From Amoebidium appalachense (lineage: Eukaryota > Protista > Ichthyosporea), in the NCBI GenBank assembly GCA_963693365.1, contig CAVNZM010000017.1:4011375-4075374 (forward strand): DNA of 64,000 nt. The letters are read 5' to 3'. A program made the translations under genes and the position numbers. Shown piece after piece: positions 53,105-64,000 of this stretch (position 1 is its first letter; each line of letters begins with the position of its first letter). The notes under the pieces were generated by a model, which made no database searches, was not told where the DNA came from, and was given only the letters and a program-made list of their open reading frames with translations.

Positions 53105-54435
53105 ACCTTTCTCACTCCACAAGTATTGGGCAATGTGTAGCAAAAAGATCGAGGTGGGGGGTGGGAGGTGGGGCCAGGAAGTGGGGGGGGGGGGTCTCTG
53201 GTAACTGAAAAGATGGAATTGGAAAACTGTTGAGGATAGTGCAGCAAAAAGTGAATTGCAGGGCCGGGGGAGGGGGGGGGGGGGGGGGGGAGGGGGGAGA
53301 GCGGGTGAGGGGAGGGAGGGGGGGAGCGGGTGAGGGGGGAGGTGGGGTTGTAACTAAAAAAGTTGAAAGGGGAAACTATATGGGGAGAAATGGAAAGGCG
53401 GGAGACTAATAGGAGACTTCATTACGAGCCATCATGTACTATGCTAGTCTATTTACTGTATTCCTTCTGTCTGATCATGCAGGGGGCATTTGAGACTATC
53501 GTCTACGGGTTGATGAGTCTGTCCATTCAGGGTACCTGTCCCCCCGTCCGCCCTCCTCCCCTTCCTTCTCCCCCCTTGTTTTAACAAAAAATCCATATTC
53601 GCTCCCTTACTGCCTTTCCCTTCCCGTATTCAGTCCCTCTTCCCCCCCTCCCCCCCCCTTCCCCCCCCCCCCTCCCCCCCCCTCCCCCCCCCCCCCCCCC
53701 CCACACACACACACATCCTTTTCCCCCCTCCTCCCCATCATCTACCCCCCCCCCCCCCCCCCCGATGGATGACTTGGACCTCCCCCCCCTGAGGATATGC
53801 TTTTATAATGCATACTCTTGATGTGTGCCTTGCACTCTGCATTATGTTGTCCGTCATGAATTTGTACTTTGTACTCTGTAACACATTCTTACCCCCCCCT
53901 CCCCCCCGCACCCCCCCCCCCCCCCCCCCCCAACCCCCGCCCCTTCTCCCCCCCCCCCCCCCCCCTCCCCCAGGCAACCCTTTGGATGCCAACTCGCTGC
54001 TTCAGTTGACTCTCCACGACATTGCTACAAACTTTGGCTTCCCTATCTCAAAAGGTATGACCCCCCTCCAACCCCCCCCCCCCCCCCCCCCCCCCCCGAG
54101 CTCCCCACCCCCCTATTCCCTAAAAGAGAGAGGGGGGAGGAAGGGGGGAAGGGTGGGGGGGGGAAGGGAGGGAGAGGGGTGGGGGGGAGGGGAGGGGAAG
54201 AGAGAGTGAGAGTGATAGAGAGAGAGAACAGTAATGCACTCGCAGATACGAGCATATACAAACAGGCCACCACTATCCCCATCAGCTACTCATTGTCTAC
54301 GCCCAAACACCACTAGGAGATTTGGTTAGAAAAGACAAACCGGGTGTGTTTGCGTTGATGGGTTTTGTACTTTTGTGTGTGTGCATTTGGGTGGGTGGAT
54401 GGGTTGACGTGGGGGTTGGTATGTGTGTGTCTGTG

Positions 54436-54496
<61 letters not shown>

Positions 54497-54987
54497 ATGT
54501 GTGCCCACGTGTGTGCACGGACGTGCAATGTGGTTTATTTGTTGTGGTGGCGGTGTGGCGGTGGTGGTGGTGGGGGGTGGGGGGGGGTGGGGGTGGGGTG
54601 GGGGTGGGGTGGGGGGGGGGGGGGGGGGGGGGGATATTAGGTAGTACATGCATTTTTTCACACAACATAACCCCCAAGGGAAAGGAGTTAATCCAGATAA
54701 CGATAGTTTTTCTCCTTACATTAAGGATTAGATATCCCCCCTCCCCCCCCCCCCCTCCCCCTCCTCCTCCTCCTCTCTGCACAAACATGTCCTTTTCCGT
54801 CTAATCACGTTTTTTCCATTTGCACGTGCAGAGAAGCAGATAGCCACTGGGGTGTACATGGAAGAGCCCACGGAGCTGCGGAAGCTTGCGGAACTGATCC
54901 TGCGCACCTTGAACGAAGTGGGCATTGGCCTGCAGAGGCTGGGCATGCAGCGCATGTCACAGGTGGGTGGGTGTGCGGGTAGGAGAA

Positions 54988-55019
<32 letters not shown>

Positions 55020-55609
55020 GCATGGAGCACACGGGGAAAGAAAAAATTGGAGGGAACTCTGGTTGGTGCCACTAACTAGAAGGAGGAGGAGATGGGGGGT
55101 GGGGGAGAGGGGGGAGAAGAGATCGGGGGGAAAGGGATGTTTCTTGGTGTGTGTGTGGGGGGGGGGGGGGGGGGGGAGAGGGGGTGGTTGGCTGTAGATA
55201 ATCAACGTAAGGTTGGACATTAGGGGTTTCAACAATGTGCCTGGTATGAGGTTAAAAGTCAGTGGGCCTTCTCACAACTACATATCATTTCATTCTGGCT
55301 GCTTGACATGTGAGCAGCAACAATCCCCCTCCTCTCCCCCCTCCCCAACTACCCCTTTCCTTGCCGCCCCACAACCTCTACGCCGCCGACAAGTTTAACC
55401 CTCAACCTTTTGGCATGTGTTACTCTGGCCAACTGAACCCAACCCCATTCCCCCCCCCTCCCCCGTCCCCAGTACGCGAGGACCCCATCTCCCACACTGC
55501 CACACACAGACATGTACACACACGTGCACGCGCACACACGCACTCTCACACATAACAAAAAAAAAACCCCCACCAACACACACACGTCCACGCGCTCGCG
55601 CACACACGT

Positions 55610-55661
<52 letters not shown>

Positions 55662-55793
55662 CATTCTCACGACAATAAAACCTGCCCAGTCTGCCTCCGA
55701 CCCAAATCTGCCCCTTGCTGCCCCTCTCGTAGAGGCCCTGGTATTGCCACCCCTACCCCCCCCCCCCCCCCCTCCAGCGCAATCCTCCCCCCC

Positions 55794-55833
<40 letters not shown>

Positions 55834-57595
55834 CTGCCGCCGCCACCCCTTTCCAACCGCCTTCCCGCCTGCCTTTCTCCTCCTTCTTCCCGCCTCCCAT
55901 CTCCCTCCATCCATAATTATCAACAGGGAAGAAGCAGACAGACCAACAAAATCAAATGAAGATGGGGCTAAAAGGAGATACAGAAAGTGATTGAGAAGTG
56001 AGGCATGTGCTAAGTCTAAAGGACAAACATGGGACTTGCAGAGGAGGGGGAGGGGGAGGGGGGAGAGGGGAGGGGGGAGATATAAATAACATGGAGCGCA
56101 TTTATTGTTGTTCTATTGTGCCTGTTCTTTTGGTCTTTTTGGTTTCCTGTCCCCGTTAACTTCCTCTGATTGTGGCTGCATCCGACACTTCACAGGCTGC
56201 AAACTTCCCTGCCTTCAACGACCGGGTGACCATAGATGGCAAAGGTATTTTGTCGCACCCCTTCTTTGTCACAACCCCCCTTCCCCTCACCTCCCCCCCC
56301 CCCCCCCCCCCCCCCCCCCAACCCCCTCCTCCGTCCGGGGACACCAAAATAACAAGAAAAGTAGAATGGCTGGCGTACAGGTGAAATGGACACGTTCCCC
56401 CTCCCCCCCCCCCCCCCCCCTCCCCCTCCCCCCCCCCCGTCCGGGGACACCAAAATAACAAGAAAAGTAGTATGGCTGGCGTACAGGTGAAATGGACACG
56501 TTAACCAAGTGAAACCATAATGCATTTATATAGCACCAGTCACATTATGCACATGAACGGTTACAGATGTGCACGTGCACATGCGCTCATGTGTGCATAT
56601 TGGGTAATATAGTGCAGGTGTGTCTTAATTGTGTGTCTTAAAGAAGGCAGTATATAGCTTTATGCTTTCTATTTAGGGGCATCGGGAAATGCTTTGTTTT
56701 TGCTTCGATGTGCTTTCATGTGTTCTTTAACATACTGACCTTCCCATTGATTTGACGAGCAGATGTGATTTTGTTAAAGAAAGCCCAGCTTCTGTGTGCC
56801 GACTTCAAGAAGCGGTTTGCGGAGAGGGATCCCCTCCACTTTGACTTTAAAGACATCAAGCACGTCACCATCTTTGCAGGTCTGCACATTTGGAGACCTC
56901 CCCCCACACCCCCCCTCCCCCCCTCCCCCCTCCCCCCTACCCTCCTACCCCCCCCCCCCCCCCCCCCCCCCCCCGCCCCCACCACCACCCACACACATAC
57001 ACACCAACCAAGAAATCATCCGCACAGGGGATGCGCACATACACACATTCAGACACACACACACACGTGCACACGTGCACACACATGCACTTATGCTTTC
57101 TCACACACACACTCACCCACAAACACAACCAGATGCACCGGCACAACATCAGCCCCATCCACCCAGAATACACACACACACACACACACACATAAAACAC
57201 ACTCAACCTTAAGAAAGGAAGAAATTTAGAGAGACGTTGGGTGGGAGAGGCGGGAGAGATGGAGAGAAAGAGGGAGAAGGAGAGAATGAGGAAAAGGGGG
57301 GAAAAGAAAGTAAGTCAGGGGTGTCACTATGTTACTTCCAAGAGACCGTCGATGTCGACATGAAAATAAAACCATGAGAACGGCTGGGTGAGAAGAATTC
57401 ACAGAATGGCGCATGAATGTAGATACCCGCCTTAATAAAAGGATAGATTCGGAGGTTGCTTTAAAACACAAGAAGTTCACATCCACCATATCAGGATGAC
57501 CAACGAACTCGCTCCCCGCCCCCTCATCCCCCCCTCCCCCCCTTCTCCTCCGTTCCCCGCCCTTCCCACGCTCTCCCTCCTCCCTCCCACTCGCT

Positions 57596-57642
<47 letters not shown>

Positions 57643-57667
57643 CCCCGCCCCCTTCCCGGGCCCCCCG

Positions 57668-57719
<52 letters not shown>

Positions 57720-58102
57720 AGACAACGTACTACCAGCCATGCTACGGCAGATGCGGGTGATCGAACTCCGACCCGATTTGCTGGCCCGAATCGAGGCCCG
57801 TGAGAGTCTGCCGGCAGCCGGCCCGGAACACACAGCCCTGAGAGCAGCAGCTGTGGTTGCTGGTGATCGAATCATCAAGGAGTATGTGTGCCTGCTGTTT
57901 GTTTGCTACCCCCAGCACACATATGCATAGACATGTGTGCACGTGCACATGTATTTGCTACCCCCAGCACACACACATATACACATGTGTGTGCACATGC
58001 ACGTGCACATGCACATACACATGCACATGCACAAGGGTACATCATGCACACTCACATACATACATGCACGTACGCGCACGCACACGCACGGACGCACGAA
58101 CG

Positions 58103-58147
<45 letters not shown>

Positions 58148-58502
58148 AGGGGCACATGGACGAGCATATGCATGCGTGCACATAAACACACCACACACAC
58201 AGACGTCCATGCACGTGCCCGCGCTCTCGCAAACACTTGTACATGGAGACACACACCCACAGACATACACACATGCATACAAACACACTTTTATTGGCTC
58301 CGCTTCGTCCCACAGCGACACAAACATCTGGTACATGCTCAAATGGCACCAACCAGACACCCCTCCCCCCCCCCCCCCCCCCCCCTCCACTTTCCCTTCC
58401 CCACACACTGTCAAAAAAAAGCAGGGTTGCAAGGGGAGGAGGGGGAAGACGGGGGATGGGGGCTGGGGAGGAGGGAGAAGGGAAAGGAGGGATGGTGTGT
58501 GT

Positions 58503-58533
<31 letters not shown>

Positions 58534-58846
58534 GGGGGGGATTTGGTCCGAAACATTGGTGGAATAGCCCAAAACGGATATTCAGGTGGGTCGGGCAAGA
58601 ACGATTTCCAAATGATCTGAAGAATGAAAACGTGAGTACGGACTGAGCATTCGGTGATTGATTTGAGCGATTGTTTGGTGGGTTCAAAGATGAGGATGGC
58701 TTTGGAGGTAAAGTGAGAACGTATAGGCAAAGAGAAATATTGAAGGCGGGGCTTTATTTTGAAAAAGAGAAAAGGTGGGGTGTGTGTGTGGGGGGGGGGG
58801 GAGGGGGGAGGGGGAGGGGGGGGGGGGGGGGGAAGTTTGCTCGGAG

Positions 58847-58891
<45 letters not shown>

Positions 58892-58947
58892 GGTGGGTGT
58901 GTGTGCGCGCGTGTGTGAGCCCCCCCCCCCCCCCCCCCCCTCCCCTC

Positions 58948-58978
<31 letters not shown>

Positions 58979-59193
58979 AAAAAAAAAAAAAAAAAAACAC
59001 ACCCTATTTTTTTTAATTTTTTTCTTTTTTTGCAGACCACCTTAAACCAAACATACTCATTTTGACTGTAAATTTCAGGCTGGGGGGATCCATGAGCACG
59101 TCGGACCTCGACGGCTATCTGTGGCAGCTGGGCAAGAAGGGGGATCTGAGGAAGGTCGAGAGGCACAGCACAAAGGACACGGCATTCTACTAG
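49927..59193 (+). CDS. QNG1: Queuosine salvage protein family (QNG1/C9orf64/DUF2419), 11 exons
   Basis: Exons 49927-50007, 51841-51886, 52892 (or 52901)-53034, 53483-53531, 53974-54054, 54832-54962, 55660-55740, 56196-56244, 56763-56879, 57722-57881, 59079-59193 (TAG). Motifs [59 protein letters not shown]. Confidence 0.87.
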
Positions 59194-59402
59194 GTGGCAG
59201 ATCATGGAAATGTTTTCATTAAATATTTTTATTTGCAGTTTTATTGTTATTTATTTATTTATTTATTTATTTTATTTATTTATTTTTTATTTTATTTTTT
59301 TTGGGGGGGGGGGGGGGGCTAGGGCTGGGGCTGTGTAACTGAGTTCCCCCCGGGGGGGTTGACTGTATTTGACCCCCCCCCCCCCCCCCCCCCCCCTCCC
59401 CC

Positions 59403-60179
59403 CAAATAAATCATTCCGCTTGTGCCCCGGACCACCCGCTCTTCTGGCTACACGCATCCCCGCCGGACTCGCCCCTCTACCTCTTCCCTTCCACATCGTC
59501 TCTGCCCATTGTCGAGCGATATGCAGAATGGCTGGCGACCCCACCGGAGGTACGGCTAGACCATAGTGTGAATATGAATAGTTTCAAGTCTATGGCTGAT
59601 AGATATCTTTTTACTCTACGTGTTGAGTCCCTTCCTGTGTTAGGACCGCAAAAACACCAACTACTAGTAGCCTATATGGCGGATACGGTTAGAGAGTCTC
59701 GTTCCTACATAGATTCGTTTATTCGTAATGTGGTGTGGTGTAAAAACGCATAGATGATTATGGCTTGGCGGTGTAATCGGTTTCTGGTGTCTCCTGCTCG
59801 TATGTGTAATATGTGTGGGGGGCGGTTTACTCGCGGATGCATATCAATCAATAAGTGTAACCTATTAGCTAACGTAATAGAACCGGAGGTTATTGGCGGT
59901 TTAATTCTCTTTTCTCCCTCTCGTCCTCAATATATCCGTTTTAAAATGACTATCCTAGATCACCTTATTAATGCTGCACAGTATGATATTGTGATACGGT
60001 GTCTTAACTTTCTTTCGGAGCTACCGATGCTAGCCTCTGCTTGCCCATAATATGTAATAGGGGCGTCGTATACTACGATGGCGCTAATTGTTGCCTAGCA
60101 TGTACATATGTCACTAGCTGCATTTGATTGGCTGCGCTGGAAAACGCAGCAGGCCGTCGAGTGTGGCTGGGCCCCCGAC
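59403..60179 (+). mobile_element. 5'-truncated repeat with relic ORF, probably non-LTR retrotransposon ORF2 C-terminus plus 3'UTR
   Basis: One frame runs 59403-60050 with a single internal TAG (59751-59753) and contains WRCNRF...CNMCGGRFTRGCISINKC...TILDHLIN, resembling the C-terminal Zn-knuckle region of LINE ORF2 (recalled resemblance, not a search result). Second copy at 28401-29087. Confidence 0.6.
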
Positions 60180-60287
60180 AGTGGGCCACGCAATAAAAAG
60201 TGTGTAAGCCCCTTCTATGTGTTCCTTTTTTCCGCTGGTGATTGTGTTTTCCATGATGCCTTATGTATTTTGCTGGCCGCCAGTTTT

Positions 60288-60339
<52 letters not shown>

Positions 60340-60623
60340 ACGCCTCTCGGTCCGGGAGCCCCTCTAGAAATCCCTTCTCTTCCCCCCTGTCCGTCTCCTC
60401 TCTCTCTTGACGCCTGTATGTGCATGCATGCAAAAGCCGATAGCACGTTCATAATTAGGCTCGCCAACCATCATGTTTTCGTGTGTGCTGTGCTAATAGT
60501 TGACGTGGTGAACAACTGCATGCCATGTGATATCATATCAATAGAAAAGAAAATTTTCTCGAGTCTCCTAACAACTTTAAGCTTAAGGCCTAGGGTTGTC
60601 CCAGGTACAAAGTTTGTGTACCA

Positions 60624-60657
<34 letters not shown>

Positions 60658-62098
60658 CTATGCACTCACGCGCCCCTTCCCTCCCTCCGACCCCCCTTCC
60701 CCCCTCCCCCCTCTTCTCCCCCCTCCCCCTCCCCGGCCCCTTCCCCTTTCTCCCCCTCACCCCCCTCCCCTCCTTCCCCCTCCCCCCTCCAGTGCACACT
60801 AAGTCACCTACATATTAGGCTAGCCTCCTGGCCTACAGATCTCCGGATCCACTTGAAACAACCCCCCCCCCCCCTCTTCCCCCGGTCTCGATCCCCCCCC
60901 CCCCCCCCCCCCAACATATCCCACTGCCCCCCTTCCCCCCCACCCCACCCATCTCCCGTCCGTTTGCTTCCTTTTTCTCTCTCCTACCTCTGAGCTAGTC
61001 ACTTTGAGTGCTGTCTCCCTACCGCTTCTAACATACCTTGTATGTTGCCGCAGGCGACAGTCACTAGACAAAGTTTGATCGCGCGTAATCGGATCTGACT
61101 TTTCGAGCGGCGATTGGTTCAAAGTGACGTAAACCCAGCCTGCTAGTAAAAAAAAGACATGATCCGTCTGCCCAGGTTTTTTTGTACTATGGGATTAAAT
61201 GATCGCTTTAAAACTTGGAAGCATTCCGATTGGTCATTACATATAGAGCGATCTGATTGGTCATTACAGCCAGAAGGACCCAGCCGGAAACGTCCCACAG
61301 CGTCGTAGGCCCCCCGGCCACTTAGGTAAGCCAGCGGGTGGGTACATAGCCTTGGAGAGGAGACTACCTCTGAGCATTTGGGTTACGTAATTCTTCCTAG
61401 TCACGTGACTCACGTGGCTCAGCGCCTGAGCCTTTGACCCCGCGATCTTGAGACATGTAGGTGTAGGTACTGTGCACGGGGTGTTTCTAGATGGCCGTGG
61501 TACTGTGTTAGGTGAAGTGTGTGTCTGGTGTTATATATAAAGCCTAATGTCCTATGATTGAAGTTAGATAAGTGCTAAACACAATCTGTAAGTCAGTCAA
61601 GGGCGTCTTGCCAAACATAGACAGAAGCCGGGAGTTTGGAATTCAGGTGGTGATTTTTCGTGGCCAAAATATTGTTTTGAGAATTTTACTGGAGAGTCCA
61701 ACTGGGCAGCATTTTTCCAAGACAGGCAGGACAACGGGTAGTAATTTAGTAAGCAAGAAAATTTGCAGGTTGTGAGAGACTAAAAGGAGGTTTTTTTTTT
61801 CGGCAAAGAAAGAAATTCGGACTGGATTAGTCCTTGTAAGTAACGAGCTACTTATAATTGCTTGATTCAAGCAGTTTGTTATCAACACCTCACGAGACAG
61901 ACAATAACTCTAGCAGTCTTCTTTCAAAAGCTTAAGACTGGCTGAGTCGACGTTCAAAAAAGAGAACCAAGCAAGCAGCTGACGTTTCTGCAAACCATCC
62001 ACTACCTTTTAAGGTCTGCCACACGACAGATACAATAGCATCCGCCAGCTGGAGCCATTTCCGATCCTTTCTTGTATCGACACCCAGAAAAGTGTAGG

Positions 62099-62276
62099 AT
62101 GGGTTACAGGCTTCTTGTGGGATGGGGTCTCTGCATAAGAGTATGTATATTTTTCCTTTCTGATTCCCCTTACCTTCTTCATCTCATCCTAAAGTTTCCG
62201 AGTCGTGTCCCTCTCGTACCCTTCCCCCGAGAGCTTAGTGCTAAGTGTGTTGTGCTGTTTACGGCCCCCCCCCCCC

Positions 62277-62316
<40 letters not shown>

Positions 62317-62973
62317 TCTCTCTCTCTCTCTCTGTGTGTGTGTCTGTGTGTGTCTGGTTGTGTGGTGCACAGGTGGGTGCAAGCGAAAGGTGACTTTCGT
62401 GCAACTCCCATTTTCTCAGGGGGGAGAAGGGGGGGGAGGGGGGAGGAGAGAAGAGGGGTTGGAGGGGGAGGGGGGTGATACATGCCCTTTGCCTGTTCCT
62501 CTAACTTTAAAAGGCGGGATTTCTGTTCAACCCATGCTTCACACCACGCCATTTTCAACGCATCAACCCATGACCATCTTCTAGATTTTATGAACTCCGC
62601 ATGCCCCCCCCCCCCCCCCCCCCCCCCTTCCCCCCCCTCCCCCCTCCCCCCGCCCCGCCTCCCCCATCCCCCCCCACCCAACCCTACCTTCTTCCCTCAC
62701 TGCCATGCACATACACACATTCACACGTGTCACAAAAGAATTTTACACTCAATCTGATGGAATGCATATACATATGTAATATATAAGTATGCATGACTTA
62801 ACTCGACAGTTATCTCATGTCGGTCTTACTTGTGGGGCGTTGCTTCTCTTCACACACACAACGAACCGCCCTTTGTCCCCCCCCCCCCCCCCCCCCCTCC
62901 CCCAGCTTGCACATTCCTCCTTACGATAGGAAAATAACCTGGACCATTGTCCCCCCCCCCCCCTCTCCCTCCC

Positions 62974-63004
<31 letters not shown>

Positions 63005-63471
63005 ACGCACACACACACACACACGTTCCCTCCTCTTCTCTCGTCTCATGAACGGGGACCTGATGGAATGTTGCATGCGTGAAATCCCCCCCGTTCCCCC
63101 ACCCTCCCCCCACCCTTCCCCCTCCCCCCCCATGGGCTCTGCTTATGATGCATAACCTTTTTGTGTGGTTATTCTAACCCCCCCCCCTCCCCCCCCCCCT
63201 TAAAAAACCCCCCCCATCCCCCCCCCCTCCTCCCCCCCATCCCCCCCGAGAAAAAAAAAAAAAAAAAAGAAAAAAGAAAAAACACCAACACATACACAAA
63301 AAAAAAAATAGTATAAGTTAAGAAAGAACCAATGATTAATTTGAAGATTCCACAGAGCTTCCACCAGCCCAGGGCAACATGGCAGACTGCATTAGTGGTT
63401 GCACGGAGAAGGCTCTCCACAGCCAAAGTTCCGAAACAGGAACGAGTGTGTATCTTGGGCTCGGGAAGCTG
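62099..63471 (+). CDS. NAD-dependent glycerol-3-phosphate dehydrogenase, first two exons (gene continues beyond window)
   Basis: Exon 63356-63471 encodes ...RRRLSTAKVPKQERVCILGSGSW|gt, matching the GPD N-terminal Rossmann motif (VCIxGSGxWG). Candidate first exon 62099-62140 (MGYRLLVGWGLCIR|gtatgt) joins in phase 0. Confidence 0.62.
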
Positions 63472-64000
63472 GTACGTGTTTTTTTTTTTTTTCGTGTTTT
63501 TTCTCAGCTCTACATCCCCCCATCCCCCCCCCCCCCCCCCTCCTGTTTTGTCCTCTCCTCTTCCCAACCGTCGTCTTCCCACCCACCTACCCTCCCCCCT
63601 CCTCCTTCCCCTCCCTCCCCCTCCTCCTCCCTCTCCACCCGCCCCCCCAACCCGCTTACGCACCCACCCCCTGCTCACCCCCTCCTCCCTGCCCCCCCCC
63701 CCCCCCCCTCTCCCCCCCCCCCCTCCCCCCCCCTTCCCCTTCTCCCCCCCACTCTTTTCACTTTCATGCCGCCATCTGACCTCTCAGTCACACGGGGGGA
63801 CAACAGTGGGCAAGGTCATAACGACCCCCCTTCACTCACCCCCTGATCTCCTTCCCCAGGCCCCCCCCCCCCCCCCTCCCCCCCCCCCCCCCTCTTCTCC
63901 CCCCTCCCCCCCTCTTCTCCCCCTCCCCCCCTCTTCTCCCCCCTCCCCCCTCTTCTCCCCCCCCCCCGCCCCATCCCTACCCTACCCACCCAACCAGTTA

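Noticed and set aside
59568-60050. Two independent short protein-coding genes
   Set aside because: They are one frame broken by a single TAG, and a decayed second copy exists at 28401-29087, so a repeat relic is the better explanation.

Overview
Eukaryotic genomic DNA from an intron-rich organism; the gene content is compatible with a unicellular opisthokont or holozoan, but that is inference. Introns and intergenic DNA are saturated with poly-C/poly-G, (CA/TG)n, (GA/TC)n and poly-A tracts, so most of the ORF track is microsatellite translation noise. Splicing GT-AG exons by hand gives: the 3' part of an L-lactate permease (LctP), a complete secernin (peptidase C69), an MFS transporter, a secreted S8 subtilase with a C-terminal EGF domain, a CSRNP-family Cys-rich protein head-to-head with a QNG1/DUF2419 queuosine-salvage gene, and the start of an NAD-dependent glycerol-3-phosphate dehydrogenase. 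Mobile DNA: a full-length Ty1/copia element (766-bp LTRs identical by eye, GTTAC TSD, half-tRNA PBS, gag starting inside the LTR), a MITE, and two copies of a probable LINE 3' fragment. The most notable observations are: (1) one LINE-like copy is fused exactly at the 3' oligo-U of an altered U6 snRNA; (2) a head-to-head inverted pair of intronless orphan genes with GHYYRPPPGGW repeats and a C-terminal TM helix; (3) (CA)n or C-runs replace the U-rich tract at 3' splice sites; (4) a 166-nt fold-back has an arm homologous to the copia insertion site. All alignments were done by eye and homopolymer lengths may be unreliable.
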